DNA of 43,671 bases from Candidatus Woesearchaeota archaeon (GTDB taxonomy: Archaea; Nanobdellota; Nanobdellia; Woesearchaeales; B72-G16), in assembly GCA_003650545.1 (NCBI GenBank), contig QMQO01000006.1:1-43671 (forward strand), given 5' to 3'. Below the pieces are notes generated by a model. The model had not been told where the DNA came from. It made no database searches and saw only the letters and a list, made by a program, of their open reading frames with translations. Below are positions 34,510 through 43,671 of this stretch, in pieces (positions within the stretch are counted from its first letter, which is position 1; each line of letters starts with the position of its first letter). The position numbers were made by a program, and so were the translations under genes.

Positions 34510-34620
34510 ATATTGTTCAGAGCGAAGATATTTAAAAAGGTTTCGGCTGAAAAACGCGTTTCATTCATCGTTGTAATATATCACAATAATATTTAATTAT
34601 CGATTGCTTTTTGTATAAAT

Positions 34621-35424
34621 ATGCAATCTAAGATTGTATTTCTTGGTACAGCTGGTGGCTTTGAAGTTGTTGGAAAACAGCTAAGGGCGTCTGGTGGTAT
34701 TGTTATACAAACTGAGGGTTTACAGTTTTTGATTGATCCCGGACCTGGCTGTCTTGCAAAAGCACAAGAATACGGCATAAATATTCGTCAAACAAATGCC
34801 ATATTTCTAAGTCACATACATTACGGGCATTCTAATGATTTAAATGTTTCAATACAAGCAATGACTTTGAATGGATTGGATAAAAGAGGATTTTTGCTAG
34901 CTAGTAAAGAGGTGTTAAAAGATGTCCCTAAAGACAGCAAAGATAAACTACAACAAGTTGTTGAAGTTTCACCCGGAAAAAGGGTTAGGATAAATAATGT
35001 TGAAATAATTCCTATAATAGCACAACACAATGTGCCCTGTTTAAGCTTTAAGATAATTAGCAAGGATTTTACACTCGTATATGTTTCAGACACCAGATAT
35101 ATTCGTGAGCTTGAAAAGGAAGTCAGAAATGTTGATGTGCTTCTATGTAACTGTAAATTGCCGGCAGGTATTAAAGACGGCAATAATTTGAACACCTCAG
35201 ATGTTATAAGGTTGGCCAACAAAACCAGACCACTGTTAGTCATCATAACCCATTTTGGATCTGAGATGTTAAAAAAAGATCCCTTATTTGAGGCGCGCGA
35301 TATTCAACGTGAGATAAAGATCCATACGATTGCTGCTAAAGATGGTATGATTATAAATCCTACAAGCTATGCTGCTAAAGTTAGACAACGTACTCTGCTC
35401 GGTTTTGCTAAAAAAGAAGGATGA
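34621..35424 (+). CDS. MBL-fold metallo-hydrolase
   Basis: FLGTAGG, LIDPGPG, LSHIHYGHSND, YVSDT, IITHFG motifs. Confidence 0.85.
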   Translation: MQSKIVFLGTAGGFEVVGKQLRASGGIVIQTEGLQFLIDPGPGCLAKAQEYGINIRQTNAIFLSHIHYGHSNDLNVSIQAMTLNGLDKRGFLLASKEVLKDVPKDSKDKLQQVVEVSPGKRVRINNVEIIPIIAQHNVPCLSFKIISKDFTLVYVSDTRYIRELEKEVRNVDVLLCNCKLPAGIKDGNNLNTSDVIRLANKTRPLLVIITHFGSEMLKKDPLFEARDIQREIKIHTIAAKDGMIINPTSYAAKVRQRTLLGFAKKEG

Positions 35425-36373
35425 TCATTAGATATCCAAACAGGCAACCTGTTGTTACAAAGGGCATTGCGGGATAGTAACGGTCTCTCTTGCCAAAAAT
35501 AAACAGAAGTAGTATAGCGCTTGTTGTTGTGAAAGAGATGATTAATGTTTGTAGAAAAGCGATGTTGGGTGAAATGTTTTTTAAAATAAGAGACTCCATA
35601 ACAACGGCAGAGAATAAAAGGGGGAATGCTATATCACCACCGCCGAGGATGGCGTTCTTTGGTTGCCCTATTTTGGCTCTTTTAAGATTTTTTATTTTTT
35701 TTGTTTTTTTTATTTGTAAAGCAACTCTTCTAGCTTTTTTCGATTTGTATGGAAAATAGATTCCAGCGAACAGCTTAGACTCCATTGTAAATTTCGCCAT
35801 CTTGACCATGTGTCTGCTATGCCATACTGCAATAATATCATAGATCGAGATTGCGATTAGTAAAATTGTAGCCCACAGAATGTTAAAGAAAGATACAAAT
35901 AAAACCGCGATGCCTGTGTACATAAATATCTCTGTGATATTGTGTATTATGATGTTTTGTCTGTAGATTTTGATGAATGCTAAAACTGCTGCTGTAACTA
36001 ATGCGATAACATAGCCGTGAGGAATTCTTTGGAAATAAACTCCTAGAGTTACAGCTGTCGTTACTAAAACCGCAAAGAAAAACCAAATCGCCCAAAACTT
36101 GTGACCACGAAATTTTATTAACAAAAGGAGCAGGACTGTGCCAGCAGCTATCGCTGTTAAAACATAAACGAAACCAGTAGAAGGTGCAACGTCTGGCGCC
36201 TCTCCCACAATTGTTGCATTATGTAATATTATTGTTTTGTTGATTTGTGTACCATTAAGATACGAACCGGGTGGCAGAACCTCTATGTATTTGTTAACCG
36301 TAAATAAGCCAAAAACCTGAGTTGCTAAGAATATTAGTACAAGAATAATCGTTATTGTCCATGTGTGCTTCAT
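35408..36373 (-). CDS. Presenilin-like (PSH, A22) intramembrane aspartyl protease
   Basis: Multi-TM with YDIIAVW..HM, LGGGD and YPAMPF (YD/GxGD/PAL motifs); start taken at MKHTW. Confidence 0.9.
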   Translation of the reverse strand: MKHTWTITIILVLIFLATQVFGLFTVNKYIEVLPPGSYLNGTQINKTIILHNATIVGEAPDVAPSTGFVYVLTAIAAGTVLLLLLIKFRGHKFWAIWFFFAVLVTTAVTLGVYFQRIPHGYVIALVTAAVLAFIKIYRQNIIIHNITEIFMYTGIAVLFVSFFNILWATILLIAISIYDIIAVWHSRHMVKMAKFTMESKLFAGIYFPYKSKKARRVALQIKKTKKIKNLKRAKIGQPKNAILGGGDIAFPLLFSAVVMESLILKNISPNIAFLQTLIISFTTTSAILLLFIFGKRDRYYPAMPFVTTGCLFGYLMIILLF

Positions 36374-36596
36374 CGTGTTTGAGAAAGGTGGTGTTTTTAT
36401 AAAACTTTTTGTTTTGGTTGAATAAAAATCAATATTTTGTTGTGTTTCGTTTTTATGTTCTCGATACAAATCAAAACAGGCTTAAATTTGTTATAGCCAT
36501 TTAAACAGAAATATTTATATAATAATTAACATATTTTTTGTGTATTTAAATTAGAAAAATGAAAGCAAAAAGATACAAAAGTTAAGGTTTTTATAG

Positions 36597-37724
36597 ATGG
36601 AAGGAAAAAAATTTGTTGTTACACCATGGGAAGTTAAAGGGAAAATAGATTATGACAAGCTTATTAAAAAGTTCGGTGTGGAAGCCATAGATGATAAATT
36701 ACTGAAAAGGATTCAAAATCATACCGGTGAACTGCATCATTTCTTAAGAAGAAAAATTTTTTTCGCTCACAGAGATCTAAATTGGATTCTAGACGAATAT
36801 GAGAAAGGAAATAAATTCTTTCTTTATACGGGAAGAGCACCTTCGGGAAAAAACCATATCGGTCATTTGGTGCCCTGGATGTTTACAAAATGGTTACAAG
36901 ACAAGTTTGATGTTGAGCTTTGGTTTCAGTTCCCTGACGAAGAAAAATTTCTCTTTAAAGAAAATTTGTCTTTAGAAGACACAGAAAGGTACACATACGA
37001 TAACGCTTTGGATGTAATCGCACTTGGTTTTAAACCTGAAAAAACTAAATTTTTGATTGATACAAAAAACGCCGGACTTATGTATAAAGAAGCTTTGAAG
37101 GTTGCAAAAAGAATTACATTTTCGACAGTAAAAGCTGCTTTCGGTTTCACAAATGAGCAAAATATTGGCGCAATATTTTATACAGCTATGCAAGCTGTAC
37201 CTTCTTTTTTACCTTCAGTTATCAAAAATAAAAAAATTCCTTGTCTGATTCCCCATGCCATTGATCAAGATCCCCACTTCAGAATCTCGAGAGATGTTAT
37301 TCCTAAAATTGGGTTTTACAAGCCAGCAAGCATACAATGTAGATTTTTGCCGGGGTTGGGTGGGATGTTGGAAGAAGGAAAGATGTCTGCATCTGAAAAA
37401 CAGACTGCGATCTATGTTACTGACGATGAAACAACTGTTACAAAGAAAATAAATAAATATGCCTTTTCTGGTGGACAGGCAACGGTTGAAGAGCATAGAA
37501 AAATTGGTGGAAATCCTGATGTTGATATATCATATCAGTGGTTGACGTTTTTTGAAGAAGACGATAGAAAATTAGAGAATATATATAATGATTATAAATC
37601 AGGAAAACTATTAACAGGAGAGCTTAAAACGATATTAATAGAAAAATTGAACAAATTTTTGAAAGAACATCAAAAAAAGAGAGAAAAAGCAAAAAAGGTT
37701 TATGATAAATTCCTGATAAAATAG
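36597..37724 (+). CDS. trpS: Tryptophan--tRNA ligase (archaeal/eukaryotic type)
   Basis: VTPWEV, LYTGRAPS..HIGH, AIDQDPHFR, KMSAS, AFSGG. Confidence 0.97.
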   Translation: MEGKKFVVTPWEVKGKIDYDKLIKKFGVEAIDDKLLKRIQNHTGELHHFLRRKIFFAHRDLNWILDEYEKGNKFFLYTGRAPSGKNHIGHLVPWMFTKWLQDKFDVELWFQFPDEEKFLFKENLSLEDTERYTYDNALDVIALGFKPEKTKFLIDTKNAGLMYKEALKVAKRITFSTVKAAFGFTNEQNIGAIFYTAMQAVPSFLPSVIKNKKIPCLIPHAIDQDPHFRISRDVIPKIGFYKPASIQCRFLPGLGGMLEEGKMSASEKQTAIYVTDDETTVTKKINKYAFSGGQATVEEHRKIGGNPDVDISYQWLTFFEEDDRKLENIYNDYKSGKLLTGELKTILIEKLNKFLKEHQKKREKAKKVYDKFLIK

Positions 37725-37787
37725 TCACAGAAGCGGGGCAAATGTAAGGAAAAATATAAAAACACTTAAATTTATCTGATTTAAGAG

Positions 37788-38204
37788 GTGATGAATAAAG
37801 TGCAAACAGACAAATCCAATGTTAGTCCGCTTTCAGGGGGGTTTATGCTTTTTTCTATGCTTGCATTTGTTGTTTCTTTGATATATACAGTTTATTCTGT
37901 GAATGGAAAGACTGTTTTCAATGTCTGGTTTGGTGAAATGGGCCAATATTATGGTGTTGCTTTTATGATTGTGTTTGCGGCTATGTTTTTTGCCAGTATT
38001 AGAAGTATGACGAGGGCTAGCGCTGTTGCTGAATTAAAGCTTGATAAGAAGCACAAACACAGTGCAGAGAAACTTATTCTTGGGGATGTTTATCCGAAAA
38101 TAATGAAATACTCTCGGATAAAAGAAAAAAAGGTAAAGAAAAAAAGAAAGACTAAAAAGAAAATAAAGAAGAAAAAGAAAATAAAGAAGAAGATTAAGAA
38201 ATAA
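37788..38204 (+). CDS. Hypothetical 2-TM membrane protein with a Lys-rich tail
   Basis: Two hydrophobic helices and a KKKIKK-repeat tail; GAGGTG SD-like site at the start (start uncertain). Confidence 0.65.
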   Translation: MMNKVQTDKSNVSPLSGGFMLFSMLAFVVSLIYTVYSVNGKTVFNVWFGEMGQYYGVAFMIVFAAMFFASIRSMTRASAVAELKLDKKHKHSAEKLILGDVYPKIMKYSRIKEKKVKKKRKTKKKIKKKKKIKKKIKK

Positions 38205-38243
38205 AAGATTTTTACTTTGGTCTTGTTCGTTATTTACCAATTT

Positions 38244-38774
38244 TTATGGTTTTTTCCATCTGATCTCATAATATGTAACATCCCCTTCATCATCAACTAC
38301 ACAGATAAGTAAGCGTTTCTTTGTTGAGTGCGCAACCCTGTTTTTTGCAGAGAACTCATGCCATGTTAGTGTAGAACCTTCTGAAACAGGAAAAGCAACC
38401 CATTTTGCGTGATCCTCTCCGGGTTTTATGCCGCGATCATAGACGCGAAAATCGGCACCAAATTTTAATGCGGTTTTTACGACATAGCCACGGTTTCTAA
38501 GATCACTGTATACGCGATAACGGACCCAAAAATTTGGTTCGTGACGTTTAGCTAATTTTAAAAAGCGTTCGAACTCGTAAGAGCGGTTTTTGCCATCAAG
38601 TATGTCAAGACGACCTTTTTCTAATAAGAATGCTGCTTCTATTAATGAGAGCTGAATCTTATTTTCAATTGGTTTGCCAAAGACACTTTTGATGTAAAGC
38701 TCGCGAGCTGCATCACTATCTTCAGTAAGCACTTTATCGTTAATAACTATTGCCATTATCTTGCTTTTCACCAT
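38244..38774 (-). CDS. endA: tRNA-intron endonuclease (single-unit, alpha4-type size)
   Basis: LSLIEAAFL, VYSDLR.RGY.VK..LKFGADFRVY, HAKW, RVAHSTKK (Tyr/His/Lys triad). Confidence 0.95.
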   Translation of the reverse strand: MVKSKIMAIVINDKVLTEDSDAARELYIKSVFGKPIENKIQLSLIEAAFLLEKGRLDILDGKNRSYEFERFLKLAKRHEPNFWVRYRVYSDLRNRGYVVKTALKFGADFRVYDRGIKPGEDHAKWVAFPVSEGSTLTWHEFSAKNRVAHSTKKRLLICVVDDEGDVTYYEIRWKKP

Positions 38775-38892
38775 AAAATGTCAGGTTTAATGGATATTTA
38801 ATAATCTTTTCTTTTAAGGATAAATCTTCAATATTGAAATTTAAGTTTTGTTATTAGAAACTCATAAATATGCTTTTGAATTCATTGCTATT

Positions 38893-39792
38893 ATGGAGCT
38901 TACAATACTCGGAACTAGCAGCATGGTTCCTACAAAAGAAAGAAATGTAACTGCTTTTTTTATCAGATATAAGACAGAAGGAATTTTAGTGGATTGTGGC
39001 GAAGGAACACAGAGACAGATGAATATTGCAGGAATTAATAGAAACAAAATAACAAAGATTTTAATAACTCACTGGCACGGGGATCATGTTTCTGGGTTAA
39101 TGGGCTTGTTTCATACTTTGGGAAATATAGATGGTAAGCATAAAATTAGCCTTTATGGTCCTAGAGGAACAAAAAATTATATTAAGCATTTATTACAAGC
39201 ATGTTTTTTTGATGTTAGAATTGACTTGACCGTTACTGAGATAGAACCACACGGAGTTGAAAAATTCTTTGAGAATAAGGATTTCTATCTAGAGTGTACA
39301 AAAATGAAACATGGCACAGATTGCCTAGCTTATAGTTTTGTTGAAAAGGATAAAAGAAAGATTATAAAATCTTTTTTAAAAAGAAACAATGTGCCAGATG
39401 GACCTCATTTGAAAATGTTGCAAGCCGGCAAATCGATTGTTTATAATGGTGTTAAAATTGATGTTGAGAAAGCAACCACGGTTGTAAAAGGAAGAAAAGT
39501 AACTTTTATTTTGGATACTTTGTTGAATGATAATTGTTTTAAAATTGCTAAAGATGCCAATTTATTGGTCTGTGAAGCATGTTATACAAGTCAGCTAGCT
39601 CATAAAGGTGAAGCATATCAACATTTGACAGCAAAAGAAGCAGCGTTGATTGCAAGTAGAGCTGGTGTAAAAGAATTAATATTAACTCATTTCTCTCAGC
39701 GTTATAAAAGTGCTTATGAAATAGAAGAAGATGCAAAAATTTATTTTGACAATGTGAGGGTTGGAGAAGATTTGATGAGGGTTAAATTTTGA
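38893..39792 (+). CDS. rnz: Ribonuclease Z
   Basis: ILGTSSMVPTKERN, DCGEGTQRQ, THWHGDH, GP exosite, HLTA, LTHFSQRY. Confidence 0.95.
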   Translation: MELTILGTSSMVPTKERNVTAFFIRYKTEGILVDCGEGTQRQMNIAGINRNKITKILITHWHGDHVSGLMGLFHTLGNIDGKHKISLYGPRGTKNYIKHLLQACFFDVRIDLTVTEIEPHGVEKFFENKDFYLECTKMKHGTDCLAYSFVEKDKRKIIKSFLKRNNVPDGPHLKMLQAGKSIVYNGVKIDVEKATTVVKGRKVTFILDTLLNDNCFKIAKDANLLVCEACYTSQLAHKGEAYQHLTAKEAALIASRAGVKELILTHFSQRYKSAYEIEEDAKIYFDNVRVGEDLMRVKF

Positions 39793-39795
39793 TTG

Positions 39796-40008
39796 TTATT
39801 TCTGTTTTGTTGCCAGCTTGATATCACCAGCTTTAATGGTTTTTCTACCAGCATGCATCGCTAACCTGATTGAAGCCTCGGCTATCTTTTCTGCTTCATC
39901 TTCTAGTGCTATTTTTAAAGCTATCTTTGCTTTGTCTGAAACACGCTCTGCACCTGCTTTTTTCATTAATTTTCCCATTGCAGCCAATGGCAACTGTTTT
40001 TTGATCAT
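39796..40008 (-). CDS. Archaeal histone (HMf-like)
   Basis: LPLAAMGKLMKKAGAERVS...HAGRKTIKAGDI. Confidence 0.95.
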   Translation of the reverse strand: MIKKQLPLAAMGKLMKKAGAERVSDKAKIALKIALEDEAEKIAEASIRLAMHAGRKTIKAGDIKLATKQK

Positions 40009-40128
40009 TTTTATCTCAAATTATTTTGTTTTTTAAACATATATAAATATTTCTGAATTTATAAGGTTAAAGCAATTTTAAAGATAAAAAGACAAGATTT
40101 ATTAGGAATCTAAAAATTTGGATTTTAA

Positions 40129-40509
40129 ATGAGCAAACGAAAAGGTGTAAATGCAGAACGGGAACTATTTCACATGTTTTGGCAAAATGGGTGGGCTTGT
40201 AGTAGAATTGCGGGTTCTGGCAGTAATCAATATCCTAGCCCAGATCTGCTTGCAGGAAATGGTGGTAGATTGCTTGCCATAGAATGCAAATTTACAAAAA
40301 ATAATAGGGTTTATCTGCCTATTAAAAGGGCTAAGGCCCTGGCAGATTATTCACGGAAAATTGGGGCAGAATGTTGGTTAGCTGTGCGTTTTTCTGAATG
40401 GTATTTTTTTTCACTAGAAGATCTTAATCTGACAAAAAAAAGCTTAGTTATAAATAGGGATGTATTAAGGAACAAAGGCATTTTTTTTGAGGATCTTATC
40501 AAAAGGTAA
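40129..40509 (+). CDS. hjc: Holliday junction resolvase Hjc
   Basis: KG.NAEREL, RIAGSG, PDLLAG, AIECK (PD-(D/E)xK). Confidence 0.93.
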   Translation: MSKRKGVNAERELFHMFWQNGWACSRIAGSGSNQYPSPDLLAGNGGRLLAIECKFTKNNRVYLPIKRAKALADYSRKIGAECWLAVRFSEWYFFSLEDLNLTKKSLVINRDVLRNKGIFFEDLIKR

Positions 40510-40643
40510 TAGCAGAATTGTGGAATTTGATAAAATTGGCTAATAAGATGAAAGTAGAGACAAACAGGAGAAGTGTTTTGTTCTCTTCTGACTAAAAAAT
40601 CCGAAAGATTTATAAATGTTTATGTTGGGTGTTTTTGTGTAAA

Positions 40644-41162
40644 ATGAGATTATCTAATAAATTAATTGATGAGGTTATTGCTGAGGTTGCAGGAGAAGAC
40701 GTTATTCCTCTAGTCAAAGCAATGAAAAATAAAAAGAATATTTCTGAATTTAAGTTGGCAGAAAATATAGAACGCGAAGTAAATGAAACAAGAAATATGT
40801 TGTACAGGTTGCATAATGCCAATTTGGTTACTTTTATAAGAAGAAAAGATAAAAAGAAAGGTTGGTATATTTATTATTGGACATTTAATGCTAAAAGGAT
40901 TAAGCACCTTGTGTTCAAACTTAAAAAAGAGCGTGTTGAGAAGCTTAAAGACAGATTAATCCGCGAAAAAAATCATTATTTCTTTAGCTGCTCAAATAAA
41001 TGTATTAGGCTTGACTTTGAACAAGCAACAGAGTTTGAATTTAAATGCCCAGAGTGTGGTAGTCTGATCGAACAAGAAGATAACACCTTGATTATTAAAA
41101 ATGTTGAAGATGAAATTTTTAAACTTGAAAAAGAATTAAAAACTTATAATAGTTCTGGGTAG
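40644..41162 (+). CDS. tfe: Transcription factor E (TFE alpha)
   Basis: Winged helix (SEFKLAE..NETRNMLYRL..GWYIYYW) plus Zn ribbon (C..C..FEQA..FKCPECG). Confidence 0.92.
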   Translation: MRLSNKLIDEVIAEVAGEDVIPLVKAMKNKKNISEFKLAENIEREVNETRNMLYRLHNANLVTFIRRKDKKKGWYIYYWTFNAKRIKHLVFKLKKERVEKLKDRLIREKNHYFFSCSNKCIRLDFEQATEFEFKCPECGSLIEQEDNTLIIKNVEDEIFKLEKELKTYNSSG

Positions 41163-42004
41163 GTACGTTTGAATTCTGATACGAATAGTTGTGGTCTGTA
41201 CACCCCAAGCTCAGAAATTATTGCGGTTATCAACTCTGGAGAAACGCGCTCAAATGCAAAATTAAAGATTTGAACTTTTTTTGGTGGGGATGACCAAATC
41301 TCTTTAGCAGGCCTTAATTCTATCATTGTTTCTTTTCCGTAAATTGTGTTTGGATCAAATTTCCATGAATTTGTGCAACAATACAAAGGGACATCAAGTT
41401 TTTTTGCTGCTTCTGCAATGAGTTCCGAACCTATTTTATTAATCACTTTTGTTTCGCTTGTGATTGCATCTGCTCCAATTAAGGCTATATCTGCTTTTTT
41501 AAGGGCTATTCTTGCAGCAGAATCTATATAGTGTTTTACTGGTATGCCTGCCTTTGATAGTTCCCTTGCTGTTATTCTCCCTTGCAAGGTTGGTCTGGTT
41601 TCTGTGTTGTGAACTTCTATTTTCTTTCCATTCGCTTTAGCATGTTTTAATATTGCGGTTACTGTAGACGAATGGCAATGCGTATATACTGTGCTCTTAT
41701 CAGGTATCTTTTGAACTCCAAACGCAATTATTTTTTCTCTGGATTCTTTAATGTGTGATCTGATTTTTCTGATTTCTTCAATGGTGTCTGGCTTTGAAAG
41801 AACATAGTTTAAACAGTTTTTAAGCATGGGTTCTGTTGGCCGACTTGTAAGTATGTCTTTTATTGTCACGAGAATTTCTTTTTCTGATAATTTTAGTTTG
41901 ATCGCCTTTTCAAGAACTTTAAGTCCGGCAAGAGCTACATTTTCGGCGCCTTGTATGCGTAGTGTTTTTATGTCTTTAATAATTTTTTTATATGGCGTTC
42001 TCAT
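41144..42004 (-). CDS. Ribose-1,5-bisphosphate isomerase / eIF2B-like family protein
   Basis: IQGA..VA, RPTEP, THCHSS, ETRP..QG, GADAI, NKIGS. The start could instead be 42043. Confidence 0.85.
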   Translation of the reverse strand: MRTPYKKIIKDIKTLRIQGAENVALAGLKVLEKAIKLKLSEKEILVTIKDILTSRPTEPMLKNCLNYVLSKPDTIEEIRKIRSHIKESREKIIAFGVQKIPDKSTVYTHCHSSTVTAILKHAKANGKKIEVHNTETRPTLQGRITARELSKAGIPVKHYIDSAARIALKKADIALIGADAITSETKVINKIGSELIAEAAKKLDVPLYCCTNSWKFDPNTIYGKETMIELRPAKEIWSSPPKKVQIFNFAFERVSPELITAIISELGVYRPQLFVSEFKRTYPELL

Positions 42005-42090
42005 GTTCTTTGGTGTTCTGTTTTTATTAAATAGCACCATCAAAACAACTAATGAAAATTCATTTTAAATTTTTAATTAAAAAAGAAAAA

Positions 42091-42309
42091 TCATCTCTTT
42101 TTCTTTTTTAGTGCTCTTTGAATTTGCGTCTCTTTTCTTTTTATTTTTTTTTCTTCCATTAAAATTTGTTTTGCTAGATTCTCTATATGTTTATCAATTC
42201 TTGCGACACGACGTTCCATCAAAACAAGAACACGCAAACTATAAACTATAGCTAAGAGTGTAGCTATCGTAACCGCAGCTATCACTTGGGTAAAATCAAG
42301 ACCTGCCAT
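42091..42309 (-). CDS. Small single-TM protein with a basic coiled-coil tail
   Basis: Hydrophobic helix, then ERRVARID..; the GGAGG SD position favours ATG 42309 over 42318. Confidence 0.7.
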   Translation of the reverse strand: MAGLDFTQVIAAVTIATLLAIVYSLRVLVLMERRVARIDKHIENLAKQILMEEKKIKRKETQIQRALKKKKR

Positions 42310-42389
42310 AAACACCATCCTCCTTTTTAGTCATTAAGTAGTTAAAAAGTTCAAATCATATAAAAAACTTTCTTTTTAAATAGAAACCT

Positions 42390-42417
42390 TGGAAAGAACC
42401 CTGAAGGGTTCTTTCCA
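42390..42417 (-). terminator. Perfect hairpin downstream of trmB (terminator or processing site)
   Basis: TGGAAAGAACCC-TGAA-GGGTTCTTTCCA, 12-bp perfect stem ~15 nt after the trmB stop. Confidence 0.6.
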
Positions 42418-42432
42418 TGGAAAAAGAGGTGA

Positions 42433-43260
42433 TTATTTTGCTTTGATTGTTTGTTGAACCGGCTTCATTTTTTCCCACGCGGTTTTTAAAAAGTTTACAA
42501 TGGTTTTTGTAAAAATGGGTGTATTAACCCACACACCAACATCATATGTTGAATGCACTTTTACATCATCTAACAACATAAACATGAGTTCTTTATCATC
42601 AACAATACAGAATCTTGCTTTTATGTTGGTGTTGTTTGTGTTTCTGATCTCAGCATAAGCAGATATATCTTTTATGTACGGTAAGCACTCTTTTGTGATG
42701 GGTGCAGCGATTTTTATTTTGATTCCGCGATCTTTTGCTTTTTTCATAGCTCTTTTTAATGTTTCTGCTTTTCTTATGAAGCCATTGGTTGTAGTAACAA
42801 TAAAAACATTTTTTTCTGCTCCTTTAATCATAGCATCAAGGTGAGAGTATATATTGTGCCTACCTTTCACACAGCCAGACAATTCTGTAGGCTCAACATG
42901 TTCAATCCCTTGGTTATGCAAAATATTCAATTCTGCTAACACTTCACTTTCTTTTAGTTTGTCTAGATTTTTTGTTTGTCTTTCTGCTTCTTGATTTATC
43001 TTTTTTTGGACACGATCAAGGACCTCTGCAGGTGAAACAGCTATATACTTTATTGGTTTACCTAATTTCATAATAATAAAGCCTTTACGTTCTAATGATT
43101 CGAGAACATCGTAGCTACGAGAACGCGGAACATTAGCTATATCACTAAGTTCTCCTGCTGTCGCAACACCCCTAGAAAGAAGGGCTGTCCAAAGTTTTGA
43201 TTCATAACTGTTTAGACCAAAGTCTTTTAGCTTATTCAAAAAATCTTTGTTAACAATCAT
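42433..43260 (-). CDS. trmB: TrmB-family transcriptional regulator
   Basis: FGLNSYESK..LL, VPRSRSYDVLESLERKGF..GKP..Y.AV.P, plus a C-terminal PLD-like effector domain (ARFCIVDDKE). Confidence 0.92.
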   Translation of the reverse strand: MIVNKDFLNKLKDFGLNSYESKLWTALLSRGVATAGELSDIANVPRSRSYDVLESLERKGFIIMKLGKPIKYIAVSPAEVLDRVQKKINQEAERQTKNLDKLKESEVLAELNILHNQGIEHVEPTELSGCVKGRHNIYSHLDAMIKGAEKNVFIVTTTNGFIRKAETLKRAMKKAKDRGIKIKIAAPITKECLPYIKDISAYAEIRNTNNTNIKARFCIVDDKELMFMLLDDVKVHSTYDVGVWVNTPIFTKTIVNFLKTAWEKMKPVQQTIKAK

Positions 43261-43671
43261 TTTTGAATTCCCCCAAACATTTATAATGAATTACTATTGG
43301 AAAGGAATAACCTTTATTTAAATATTTCTGTTGTTTATTATCTAATAGTAAGTATATATAAAGAAATAGTATAGTTTTTTGTGTTTTTTGGTTTTAAATT
43401 AGATTATTTTTTTATTTTAAAGCATTCTTTATGAGCTATGTTAGAAGCCAGATGGAGATAGGGGATGATTTCTTATGGAATGTGCTTTTCTGGTGGAGTG
43501 TTAGTCATGAGATTAGTTGTAAGATTTAGTGTTAATAGGGTTTAGTTTTAAGATTTATAAATCTTAATTATTTTTAATTTTATAATCTTAATTATCCAAA
43601 ATTTAATACATATACAAAAAATGATTTTTGTATTTTTTATTTCTCAATTTTTTTATTTTTCAATATAGAAT

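Noticed and set aside
1..43671. CRISPR array, rRNA, IS elements, recoded stop codons or frameshifted pseudogenes
   Set aside because: No regularly spaced repeats, rRNA-like segments or transposase motifs were seen, and conserved genes are full length under the standard code.

Overview
AT-rich archaeal chromosomal window, most consistent with a DPANN (Woesearchaeota-like) genome. This assignment is an inference from the archaeal information genes combined with a bacterial-type LeuRS and PgsA and giant surface proteins. The first ~19.6 kb is an ATGA-coupled unit: a tandem-HTH protein followed by two paralogous giant (3743 and 2543 aa) Cys/Asn-rich, membrane-anchored modular surface proteins. 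The rest is mostly housekeeping: TraB, PRC-barrel, PHP, PgsA-like, MinD, an intron-containing tRNA-His, the rps13-rps4-rps11-rpoD-tRNA-Leu-rpl18e-rpl13-rps9-rpoN operon, leuS, two degenerate HIT proteins behind the SRP RNA, an MBL-fold protein, a presenilin-like protease, trpS, endA, rnz, histone, hjc, tfe, a ribose-1,5-bisphosphate isomerase-like gene and TrmB. No transposase, integrase, reverse transcriptase or CRISPR array was seen. The best novelty candidates are the regulator-coupled giant surface-protein pair (module shuffling, nested domain insertion), a structured rps13 leader RNA, and the SRP-linked pseudo-HIT pair. All assignments come from motif recognition by eye; no searches were run.
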